IMG/VR virus record: IMGVR_UViG_3300031867_000270
Span: 1 to 35,643 of that record
Source: a virus
Length of the DNA stretch: 35,643 nucleotides
Reading direction: 5' to 3' (one strand)
Position 1 is the first letter of the stretch; every line of letters starts with the position of its first letter. The translations under genes and the position numbers were made by a program. Shown piece by piece: positions 8,552 to 17,126 of the stretch. Under the pieces are notes generated by a model, which saw only the letters and a program-made list of their open reading frames with translations, was not told the origin of the DNA and ran no database searches.

Positions 8552-11076
8552 TGAAAAATGTTACAAATAGTTTTAAAAATGATATAAGAACTTATGGTAG
8601 ACAATTAGATTTTAAAATAAAGATAAATAATGTAGATGCTAACTTAGATGATTTTGGGTATATAAAACCATCATTTAATGCGGGGTTATTTAAAACAATA
8701 ATGCATTGTATAGAAGTTGATTCAAAAAACGAAATAGAAAAAAATAGCACAATAAATTTACAAGCAGGTGTCAAGTTAAATGAAAATAACTATGAATATA
8801 TAGATTACAATACATATTTTGTAAATAGCATTGAAAGACAAGAAGATACTTTATCGTATACAGTTAAAGCTTATGACAAAATGGTTGAATCTATGATAGA
8901 TTTTGATTTAATAATAAACGAAGAAATGACATTAAGAAATTATTTATTATTAATATGTCAACGATTAGGCTGGAATACTCAGAATATTCCAGCTACTTTT
9001 ATCAATTCTAGTAAAATGGTAAATCCAAATTTACATACGGGTATCCAATACACATTTAGAGATGCTTTAGATGAAATTGCTACATTATCTTGTAGCAATC
9101 TAGTGTTTTTAAATGATGAATTTTACTTATTGTATCCAAGAGTGACAAACGAAAATATAGATGAAAGTTATCTAAATGAAGATAATGTCACAATAGGAGA
9201 AAAGTACTTCATAAATTCATTAGTATTTAGTAGGGCAGAAGGAAGCGACAATATATATAGAAAAGATGATGAAAGTATTGAATTGAATGGTTTACACGAA
9301 TTTAAAATATCAGATAATCAACTATTAAGTACCAATGATAGGGATTTATATATAGATGAAATGTTCGATTATTTAAAGACAATAGAGTTTTATTTGTTTG
9401 ATATAGAAAGTAAAGGAATATTATTTTTCGAAGCATGCGATATGTTTAATCTTGTTTTAGGTGAAAATACATATCCTACATTACTTTTAAATGATGAAAT
9501 TACATTTGATGATGGATTAACAGAAGGAATGTATTTAGATGCCCCAGGAGAAACAGAAACAGAGTATAAATATGCCGATTCTACTGATAAAAGAATTAAT
9601 CAAACTTATATAATAGTTGATAAACAAAATCAACAAATACAGAGTCTAGTAACACAAATAGGAGATAGAAGTGAAAAGACAACTTCAATAACTCAAGATG
9701 TAGATAGAATTGAGTCATCTATACAAGATATTGAAGATGTAACAATAACAGGAGAAACAAATTATGCAAGTTTATCATTAGCAAACATAAATAGGTCTGA
9801 GCCTTTTTTAATACAAATACATCCTGTTCGTGAAGACAATAATATTTCATATTTATATCCAAGTAGTTATTTATATCCATATGATGAACTTTATTCGACA
9901 ACAAGGACTCTACGATTTATAAGAACTTACGAAGAAGATGGAATAACAAAAACACAAAATTATGATTATGAATTGCCATGTGACTTATTATACTACGAAG
10001 AAAATGACAAAAAGATATATGATGAATTTTATTTAAACTATGAAACTAAAGAATGTAAAGTAATAAAAAGATGTATTCAGGGTTCAGATAGATTAGTTCA
10101 ACCATTAGACATTGAAGAAACAATTACATATGATTATCCCACAATAGATTTATATGATGGCGATTACGAAATACAATTAGTAGGATATGACTATGGTTAT
10201 ATAAAAGCAACATTAATGGAAAAAAATAAATACACTACACAATTTACATCGAAAGTTGAAATGAACAGTTCTATATCACAAACTGCAGAAGAAATAAATT
10301 TAGAAGTAAGCAAGAAAGTGGGAAACGATGAAGTTATTTCAAGGATTAATCAAAGTGCTGAACAAATTTCTATTGATGCTAATAAAATTAACATCAACGG
10401 AACGGTATCAGCAAACGGAAATTTTATTGTTGATACAGATGGTAATATGATATGTAATAATGGAACTTTTAATGGTGGAGAAATAACATTACAAGATAAT
10501 GGTAGCACTGATGAAAGATATTCTGTGCTAAAAATAGAAGGAGATTATGGAGAAGAAACTTATATATCATCTTCTATATTAAATATAAAAGATGGAAATC
10601 AGAGTTCGTGGATTGATTCAAGAGGATTTAGTTCTTTAGATGAAGGAAATAATAATTTAATGGCATCAATTGGAACGGATGGAATTTATTATGCAAATAC
10701 AGGGACTGTCTTTTTTCAATTAGATACTAATTCATGTTATATTAGAAATTTAACGCAAGGTTCATTAGAAAAATTAAAAAAGAATATTAAACCAGTAGAT
10801 GATGATGTAATTAAAATATTAAAAGAGTCAGATATATATAAATTTGATTTTAAAGATGAAGAAAACAATCAAAGTAAACATTATGGATTTGTAATTGGAG
10901 AAAAATATAGAACGCCAAAAATTTTAATTAATGAAGATAAAGATAATAAACCAGTTGGAATTGATATGTATTCAATGACATCTATATTATGGAAAATAGC
11001 ACAAGAACAACAAAAACAGATAGAAAAACTTCAAGAAGAAGTAAATAAATTAAAAGGAAGTGATAATAATGATTAA
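8551..11076 (+). CDS. Tail-associated protein (Tal / minor structural) with C-terminal S74-type intramolecular chaperone domain
   Basis: 841 aa after Dit. The C-terminal GSLEKLKKNIKP...YKFDFKDE...HYGFVIGE...ILWKIAQEQQKQIEKL fits the auto-cleaving chaperone domain of tail spikes and fibres. Confidence 0.7.
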   Translation: MKNVTNSFKNDIRTYGRQLDFKIKINNVDANLDDFGYIKPSFNAGLFKTIMHCIEVDSKNEIEKNSTINLQAGVKLNENNYEYIDYNTYFVNSIERQEDTLSYTVKAYDKMVESMIDFDLIINEEMTLRNYLLLICQRLGWNTQNIPATFINSSKMVNPNLHTGIQYTFRDALDEIATLSCSNLVFLNDEFYLLYPRVTNENIDESYLNEDNVTIGEKYFINSLVFSRAEGSDNIYRKDDESIELNGLHEFKISDNQLLSTNDRDLYIDEMFDYLKTIEFYLFDIESKGILFFEACDMFNLVLGENTYPTLLLNDEITFDDGLTEGMYLDAPGETETEYKYADSTDKRINQTYIIVDKQNQQIQSLVTQIGDRSEKTTSITQDVDRIESSIQDIEDVTITGETNYASLSLANINRSEPFLIQIHPVREDNNISYLYPSSYLYPYDELYSTTRTLRFIRTYEEDGITKTQNYDYELPCDLLYYEENDKKIYDEFYLNYETKECKVIKRCIQGSDRLVQPLDIEETITYDYPTIDLYDGDYEIQLVGYDYGYIKATLMEKNKYTTQFTSKVEMNSSISQTAEEINLEVSKKVGNDEVISRINQSAEQISIDANKININGTVSANGNFIVDTDGNMICNNGTFNGGEITLQDNGSTDERYSVLKIEGDYGEETYISSSILNIKDGNQSSWIDSRGFSSLDEGNNNLMASIGTDGIYYANTGTVFFQLDTNSCYIRNLTQGSLEKLKKNIKPVDDDVIKILKESDIYKFDFKDEENNQSKHYGFVIGEKYRTPKILINEDKDNKPVGIDMYSMTSILWKIAQEQQKQIEKLQEEVNKLKGSDNND

Positions 11077-11596
11077 AATAAATTTTCAAGATTTACCAAA
11101 TAGAACAACGCCAATTAGAGCGACTAACCTTAATCAAATGCAAGATAATATTGAAGAAGCAATAGAAGAAGTTGAAGCTAATATTCCTAATACAAAAAAT
11201 GCACATACGTCAAGTACAACAGATACATACAATTGCAACTATATAAATAAATTAACTGATTATTCAACAGATGAAACAATAGTAGGAAAATGGATAGATG
11301 GAAAAAATTTATATAGAAAAGTAATGACCGTAGCAATACCTAATACTTCTGTTGACGGAACATTTGAAACAGCTGAATACACAGTCGATTCAAATGTTGA
11401 TACATTATTAATAAAAGAGGCATATAGAGAACACAACGAAGGAAAACATTCTCCACTACCTTATATAAGTGATGGAGGTTATTTTATAAAAATTTATAAT
11501 TCAAGAAATGATAAAAATAAAATTGTTATAGCTAACAGTTGGCATGGAAGCAGTGATGAAAATGCAATAGTTATAGTTGAATACACAAAGGCATAG
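11069..11596 (+). CDS. Tail fibre-associated protein, hypothetical
   Basis: ATG 11069 after AAAGGAAG. The N-terminal motif PNRTTPIRATNLNQMQDNIEE is common in Firmicute phage fibre proteins. Confidence 0.5.
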   Translation: MIKINFQDLPNRTTPIRATNLNQMQDNIEEAIEEVEANIPNTKNAHTSSTTDTYNCNYINKLTDYSTDETIVGKWIDGKNLYRKVMTVAIPNTSVDGTFETAEYTVDSNVDTLLIKEAYREHNEGKHSPLPYISDGGYFIKIYNSRNDKNKIVIANSWHGSSDENAIVIVEYTKA

Positions 11597-11608
11597 GAGG
11601 TGTAATTA

Positions 11609-14443
11609 TTGAAACTAAAAGTAAATAAAGATAAAGTCAAAATAATAGAAGGTAACAAAGTAGAAAGCGGAGAATACAACATAACAGAACTAGAATTTGA
11701 ATTTACAGAAGAATATGAAAGTTTGGTAAAAGTAGCAGTATTTACTAACTCATATGGAAGCTATAAAGTAGATATAGTTGATAACAAATGCAGTATAGCA
11801 AATGAAGTATTAGAAAAAGCAGATACTGTAAAAATAGGTGTCTATGCTTACAAATCAGAAAACGAAGAACTACAATTAAGATATAGCCCAACACCAACAT
11901 ATTTTAAAGTAAAAGAGGGGTCATATGTAAAGAATGCGAACAATTCAGAAGAACCAACACCAAGTGAAGTAGAAATATTAGAGGCGAGAATACAACAAAA
12001 TGCAGACAACATAGAAACTTTAGATGAAGTTATTAGCGGACTACACAATTACGACGACACAGAGATAAAAAATGATATATCTGTTTTAGAAGATAAAGTG
12101 GACAACCTACATAATTATGATGACACAGGAATTAAACAAGATATATCATCAATAGAGCGAAAGAATACAGAACAAGACACATCAATACAGAATTTACAAA
12201 ACAACAAAGCAGATAAAACAGAAATACCAACAAACCTATCAGACCTAAACGAAGATACAACACATAGAACAGTAACAGATGTAGAAAAAGAAAGCTGGAA
12301 TAATAAAAGTGAATTTAGTGGTTCATATAATGACTTAACAGACAAGCCATCAATTCCAACAAAAACAAGTGATATAACAAACGATAGTGGCTTTATAGAT
12401 AAAGACGTAAACAACTTAACAAATTACGAGCTAAAAACAAATACGGGTTCTAGCATAGCTTTATCAATAAATAGCAGTACATATGCAATGACATTGCAAT
12501 TAAAGAATAGTGCTAATCAAGTATTAAGTGAAGGCACAATAGACCTACCACTAGAAACAATGGTAGTAAATGCAAGTTATGATAATTCAACAAAAGAAGT
12601 AGTGCTAACATTACAAAGTGGAACTACAACAAGATTTAGTGTAGCAGATTTAGTAAGTGGATTAGTAAGTACAACAGATTTAAACACAGTATTAGCAAGT
12701 TATTACACTAAAACAGAAATAGATAATTTGCTAGGTGGAAAAGTAGACAAAGTAGCAGGAAAAGGACTAAGTACAGAAGATTACACAACAGAAGAAAAAA
12801 CAAAGCTAGCAGGGTTAGAAAACTACGATGACAGCGAATTAGTAGAGCAAATAGAAGCACTTGAAACAGAGCTAGAGCAAACACAAACAGAACTTGCTGA
12901 AACTAATTTAAAGCTAGACAGAACAAGAGCAAGTTTACCAACAGTAAGCGGAGAAGGAGAATATGTTACTTTAGACGGAACAAGTGAAGATGAATTTATA
13001 GAAGCTCCTTTGCCTATGGGAAAGACAGAACAAACAACATACAAGGGGATACAATTATTAAAGGAACAAGGATTTAGTACGCCAACAAGTGATTTTAATT
13101 TTTGGAACAATTCTATAACAAATCAAATTGAGCCAAAAGAAGATGGTTGGGGAAGAATTTATTTTGACAATAGTAGTGGAACAGGGAATGCATACCGTTA
13201 TACTTATATAAAACTTAAAGGTATTGATTTAGAGGAAGAAACTCAATATACAGCTATAGTAGAAATTAGAAATATAGCCTCTAATAATACAGTTAAAAGT
13301 ATTACATTTTGTCAAAATAGAACAGAAGAAGCATTCGCAACAGCTAAAAATGTTCCAATAAGTAAAGGAACAAATAAATTTTTAATGACAACTAAAAGTG
13401 ATTTTACGGGGGTGTATTTAGGCATAAGAATGTACACATATGTTGGTGCTGGAGATATATGTGATTATGAAATAAGAGTAAGTATTGTAAAAGGAGATTA
13501 TACATCTACTGATTATACTTACGAACCCTATGTAGGAGGAACAGCTTCACCTAACCCAGACTATCCACAAGAGATAAAGAATGTTAGTGGAGATGTTAAT
13601 GTAACAGTGGGGAATAAGAATTTATTTGATATAGATAATGCAAATTGGATATTATTTAGGTCTTATTATCCTGCTACTTATGACAGTAACAATGATGGCT
13701 GGTATAATCACGATTATATGTCGTTAGAATTTACTCCAGCAAAACAACAAACTATATCTTTTAAAATAAAAAAGAGAACAAAAGCGACAGGAGAATATCC
13801 ATATAGTGCAGCTTGGAATTTATCCAAAGATGGTAGTGTTGTTAAGTACAATACTGGAAGTAGTAGTTCAGAATATGTAGATGTAAATTATACAATGGAA
13901 GCAGGACATAAATATTCTTTAATGGTATATAATCCTGTATTTATAAACTATATCCAACTAGAACAAGGATCAACAGCCACTTCCTACGTCCCACACCAAC
14001 AACAAACCTTTACCTTCCCGTTATCTACAGGACAAAAGCTAATGGAGGGAGATTACTTAGCTGATGATGGAGTGCATCATGTGAGAAATCAGACTACTGA
14101 AAGTGGTACAACAATAACATTATCAGATGCTAAAAATAATGGTGTGTATGTATGTAATAAGAAAACAACAGGAAATCTAGTAGGACAAACACTAACATTT
14201 GATGAAGCTGTAACAGATGCAATAATAGAATACGAACTAGCAGAAGAAATAATCGAACCATATACAGAAGCACAACAAACAGCCTATAACAACATCAAAA
14301 AAGCACTTTCATATAGTGGACAAACAAACATATATAGTACAAATGAAGTTAGCCCTACATTTAAAGTAAAGGCGTATGCAGATGTATCAAGTGAAATAGA
14401 TAACTTAAAAACAGCTATTGTAGCGTTAGGGGGTGTTGTATAA
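11609..14443 (+). CDS. Tail fibre / receptor-binding protein
   Basis: 944 aa, TTG start after GGAGGTG. Repeated LHNYDDT(E/G)IK coiled-coil modules and a large C-terminal beta-rich domain. Confidence 0.7.
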   Translation: MKLKVNKDKVKIIEGNKVESGEYNITELEFEFTEEYESLVKVAVFTNSYGSYKVDIVDNKCSIANEVLEKADTVKIGVYAYKSENEELQLRYSPTPTYFKVKEGSYVKNANNSEEPTPSEVEILEARIQQNADNIETLDEVISGLHNYDDTEIKNDISVLEDKVDNLHNYDDTGIKQDISSIERKNTEQDTSIQNLQNNKADKTEIPTNLSDLNEDTTHRTVTDVEKESWNNKSEFSGSYNDLTDKPSIPTKTSDITNDSGFIDKDVNNLTNYELKTNTGSSIALSINSSTYAMTLQLKNSANQVLSEGTIDLPLETMVVNASYDNSTKEVVLTLQSGTTTRFSVADLVSGLVSTTDLNTVLASYYTKTEIDNLLGGKVDKVAGKGLSTEDYTTEEKTKLAGLENYDDSELVEQIEALETELEQTQTELAETNLKLDRTRASLPTVSGEGEYVTLDGTSEDEFIEAPLPMGKTEQTTYKGIQLLKEQGFSTPTSDFNFWNNSITNQIEPKEDGWGRIYFDNSSGTGNAYRYTYIKLKGIDLEEETQYTAIVEIRNIASNNTVKSITFCQNRTEEAFATAKNVPISKGTNKFLMTTKSDFTGVYLGIRMYTYVGAGDICDYEIRVSIVKGDYTSTDYTYEPYVGGTASPNPDYPQEIKNVSGDVNVTVGNKNLFDIDNANWILFRSYYPATYDSNNDGWYNHDYMSLEFTPAKQQTISFKIKKRTKATGEYPYSAAWNLSKDGSVVKYNTGSSSSEYVDVNYTMEAGHKYSLMVYNPVFINYIQLEQGSTATSYVPHQQQTFTFPLSTGQKLMEGDYLADDGVHHVRNQTTESGTTITLSDAKNNGVYVCNKKTTGNLVGQTLTFDEAVTDAIIEYELAEEIIEPYTEAQQTAYNNIKKALSYSGQTNIYSTNEVSPTFKVKAYADVSSEIDNLKTAIVALGGVV

Positions 14444-14682
14444 TGAACGAATTTTTAAGAAACTTTATAATGACAACAATCTTCAAAATGATAGACAATA
14501 ACATACCAGAATGGCAAGTAAGAGAATACGCATTAGGCTGGTATACAAAAGGAATATTAACAGAAGAAGATTTAAAATCAATAGATGAAAAATACAAAGA
14601 AGAGCCAGTAGAAGAAACTGAACAGCTTGATGAAGAAGTGAACAGCACTGAACAGACTAATGATGAAAGTGAGGAAAAATAA
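14443..14682 (+). CDS. XkdX-like small phage protein
   Basis: 79 aa. GWYTKGILTEEDLKSI resembles the XkdX family; sits between the fibre and lysis genes. Confidence 0.45.
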   Translation: MNEFLRNFIMTTIFKMIDNNIPEWQVREYALGWYTKGILTEEDLKSIDEKYKEEPVEETEQLDEEVNSTEQTNDESEEK

Positions 14683-15002
14683 TGGAACATATAACAATAG
14701 GTCAAATAACAAATGCAATAACATTAATAATGGTAATAGTAGGTGCATTTGCTACAATATATAAATTTGTGCACGATGCATTTTTCGACAAATTAAAATG
14801 TTTAGAAGGTAGGCTTGTGAAATTAGAAGAAGAAACAGAAAGACAAGGAAATGACATAAAGGATAGCAAAGAAGAAAGACTATTATTAATGCAAGGGTTA
14901 TTAGCATGTTTGAAAGGATTAAAAGAACAAGGTTGTAATGGACCTGTAACTCAAGGAATTATAGATATAGAAGAATACATTACACAGAAATCTCATAAAT
15001 AG
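14682..15002 (+). CDS. Holin-like protein (single N-terminal TM plus coiled coil, BhlA/UviB- or XhlA-like architecture)
   Basis: TM segment ITNAITLIMVIVGAFATIY followed by a charged coiled coil; immediately upstream of the lysin. Confidence 0.5.
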   Translation: MEHITIGQITNAITLIMVIVGAFATIYKFVHDAFFDKLKCLEGRLVKLEEETERQGNDIKDSKEERLLLMQGLLACLKGLKEQGCNGPVTQGIIDIEEYITQKSHK

Positions 15003-15013
15003 GAGGGGATATT

Positions 15014-16399
15014 ATGAAAAATAAACCTAATAAAATAGTCGGATTGATAATGTCAATCGTAGTAGCAACACTATCATTAGTTAGTGTTTTTTTATTGTAT
15101 AAAAATACAGGGAAAGTTGATACAAATAAAATAGAAAAAGCAGTTGAAACAATTGTTGAAGGCATAGAAACTTATCAAATGTCAGAAGCAGAAATAAACG
15201 AACTTCCTTCTACTAAAATAATAGAACAAACACAAGAGCAAGAAAATGCAATAGAACAAGAAGTAGAAGATGAAGGATTTGAATTACAAGGGAATATTGC
15301 ATATGAAGGCGATAGAGCAAGAAGTTGGGATGTTGAACTAGGCGATTATAAAGGCTTAACATACTACTCACAATTAGATAGCAGATGGGCAAGTCTACCA
15401 TACACAAGTACAGGGAACTCAAGTCAAACAATAGGTTCAAGTGGTTGTGCACCAACAACAGCTTCAATGGTAGTAACTGCAATAAAAGGAGCAATAACAC
15501 CAGATAAGATGAGCAACTTATTTGCTCAAAATGGATACAGAAGTGCAAACAATGGTACATACTTAAGTGCTTTCAGAGCAGTAGCAGATGAATTTGATAT
15601 AGGATATGAAGAAACATATTCATTAGACAGAGCAGTAGAGTTGTTAAGAAACAATCATTATGTTGCTTGTAGTTGTGCGAATGGACTATTCACAACAGGT
15701 GGACATCTAATTCTAATTGCAGGAATTGATGGAGATACATTAAAGATATATGACCCATATCTATATAGTGGTAAATTTGAAACATCTACAAGAAGAGGAA
15801 AAGTAACAGTAAATGGAAATACAGTATATTGCTCAATAAGTAATTTTAGAAGATATGCAAATGCTACAAGATTTTTCGCTTATGCACATAACGGAAATGT
15901 ACCAACAAATAATGATAAACCAGTTGTAACCAATACATACACAAGATATGTAAAATCAAATGGTGGACTTAATGTAAGAAATAGTGCTAATGGAACTAGA
16001 ATAGGTGGACTAGCAAATGGAACAAGAGTAACAGTTGATAAAACAAGTGGAAATTGGTCACATATAACAAGCCCTGTTAATGGTTGGGTAAGTTCAACAT
16101 ACTTAGTAAGTTCTATTACAACAAATGCTACAAACAATACACCTACATCAGGAAAGAAATATACAACAGGATCATATAGAGTTACAACTAATATAAATGT
16201 AAGATATGGACCTGGAACAAACTATAAAAGAAAAACATATAAACAATTATCTGCTAATGCAAGACAACAAAATAGACGTCTAGGCGGAGAATACAGCGGT
16301 TATAGAAAAGGTGTTGTATGTACTATTACAAAAGTAAGCGGAAGATGGGGACTTTCAAAAAGCGGATGGATTTGTTTAGATTTTTGCAAAAAAATATAA
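15014..16399 (+). CDS. Endolysin: N-terminal signal-anchor TM, C39-like/papain-like peptidase domain, two SH3b domains
   Basis: IVGLIMSIVVATLSLVSVFLLY is the TM segment. YYSQLDSRWASLPY...GSSGCAPTTASMV is the Cys-peptidase motif. Two SH3_3-like repeats (GLNVRNSANGTRIG...; NVRYGPGTNYKRK...). Confidence 0.75.
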   Translation: MKNKPNKIVGLIMSIVVATLSLVSVFLLYKNTGKVDTNKIEKAVETIVEGIETYQMSEAEINELPSTKIIEQTQEQENAIEQEVEDEGFELQGNIAYEGDRARSWDVELGDYKGLTYYSQLDSRWASLPYTSTGNSSQTIGSSGCAPTTASMVVTAIKGAITPDKMSNLFAQNGYRSANNGTYLSAFRAVADEFDIGYEETYSLDRAVELLRNNHYVACSCANGLFTTGGHLILIAGIDGDTLKIYDPYLYSGKFETSTRRGKVTVNGNTVYCSISNFRRYANATRFFAYAHNGNVPTNNDKPVVTNTYTRYVKSNGGLNVRNSANGTRIGGLANGTRVTVDKTSGNWSHITSPVNGWVSSTYLVSSITTNATNNTPTSGKKYTTGSYRVTTNINVRYGPGTNYKRKTYKQLSANARQQNRRLGGEYSGYRKGVVCTITKVSGRWGLSKSGWICLDFCKKI

Positions 16400-16410
16400 T
16401 AAATCGCAAA

Positions 16411-16445
16411 TTTCGACAAATTCTGCAAAAATAATGTGCTATAAT
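16411..16445 (+). promoter_or_regulatory. TTTCGACAAATT motif followed by an extended -10 (TGcTATAAT)
   Basis: 12-mer at 16411-16422; TG 16437-16438; TATAAT 16440-16445. Located 12 nt after the endolysin stop. Confidence 0.45.
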
Positions 16446-16495
16446 AAACATGGATTTTATAATTAGAAAGATTATATGAAAACACATCTTTCATT

Positions 16496-16532
16496 GAGGT
16501 AGGGTAGATTCAATCTATTCTACCTCTTTTTT
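16496..16532 (+). terminator. Strong intrinsic terminator (end of the late operon and/or of a short transcript)
   Basis: GAGGTAG...CTACCTC outer stem with an inner TAGAT-TCA-ATCTA stem, followed by TTTTTT. Confidence 0.8.
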
Positions 16533-16563
16533 GCTTTTTATAAAAAAATATGTTATAATAGTG

Positions 16564-16592
16564 TTGACATAAATTGAAATTAGTGTTAATAT
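16564..16592 (+). promoter_or_regulatory. Sigma-A-type promoter pointing into the 3' end of the minus-strand membrane-protein gene (antisense)
   Basis: TTGACA 16564-16569, 17-nt spacer, TAATAT 16587-16592. Confidence 0.5.
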
Positions 16593-16660
16593 TTTTATTA
16601 CAACTTTATTACATTTTTGTAATAAGGGTTGACTAAAAATAATATTAATATTATTATAAT

Positions 16661-16686
16661 AAAAAAGAATAAGAGCCGAAGCCCTT
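16661..16686 (-). terminator. Intrinsic terminator of the small membrane-protein gene
   Basis: On the minus strand: AAGGGC-UUCG-GCUCUU followed by ATTCTTTTTT; overlaps the stop codon. Confidence 0.65.
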
Positions 16687-16864
16687 ATTCATGATAAGTT
16701 GTTTTGTTGGAGTCCGTAGCCTGGACTTCAATTTTTTTATGATTATCTTGGTATTTTATATATGTATTATAACCCAGACTTGCTAAAAAACATAAAACAA
16801 TACCAACTATTAAAAAAATCAAAGCAATACCTAAGTATCGAACTGCTATCACTTCTGCAGTCAT
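16685..16864 (-). CDS. Small single-pass membrane protein (59 aa), hypothetical
   Basis: ATG 16864 lies 8 nt after AAGGAGG (the track ORF opens with GTG 16873). MTAEVIAVRYLGIALIFLIVGIVLCFLASLGY, then a polar tail. Confidence 0.65.
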   Translation of the reverse strand: MTAEVIAVRYLGIALIFLIVGIVLCFLASLGYNTYIKYQDNHKKIEVQATDSNKTTYHE

Positions 16865-16914
16865 ATACTGCACCTCCTTCTTTTGTATTTACATCCAACT
16901 GCCTTAAAGAAAGC

Positions 16915-16965
16915 TGGATGCATTATCTAATAGTTAAGATGATTAATTACTAATTAATGCATCCA
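16915..16965. repeat. Perfect 10-bp inverted repeat in the 5' leader of the membrane-protein gene
   Basis: TGGATGCATT 16915-16924 pairs with AATGCATCCA 16956-16965 (31-nt loop). Confidence 0.6.
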
Positions 16966-16993
16966 ACTTCGAAGGAGTAACAACTTAGCAAAT

Positions 16994-17022
16994 AATATAT
17001 CAAAAATAATACTCATTGTCAA
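16994..17022 (-). promoter_or_regulatory. Promoter of the membrane-protein gene
   Basis: Minus strand TTGACA (17022-17017), 17-nt spacer, TATATT (16999-16994). A degenerate motif copy, TTTCGACAGATTT, lies just upstream (17044-17032). Confidence 0.55.
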
Positions 17023-17089
17023 ATAACTTATAAATCTGTCGAAAACGCCAAAAACCAAGCCATATAACTTGTTTCGCCCAAAATAAAAA

Positions 17090-17126
17090 GCCCTTAAAAT
17101 CGATTCTCACGCGTCGATTTTTGGGC
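17090..17126 (-). terminator. Intrinsic terminator of the XRE/Spo0E-like gene
   Basis: GCCC-TT-AAAATCGA ... TCGATTTT-T-GGGC long stem; the minus strand is followed by TTTTTATTTT. Confidence 0.7.

Noticed and set aside
16965-16977. The 13-mer AACTTCGAAGGAG, preceded by ATGCATCC, is shared between the membrane-protein leader (16965-16977) and 25321-25333
   Set aside because: Single 13-mer coincidences are expected by chance in a 35-kb AT-rich genome (tens of pairs by rough estimate), and the second copy lies in coding sequence. Noted but not convincing.
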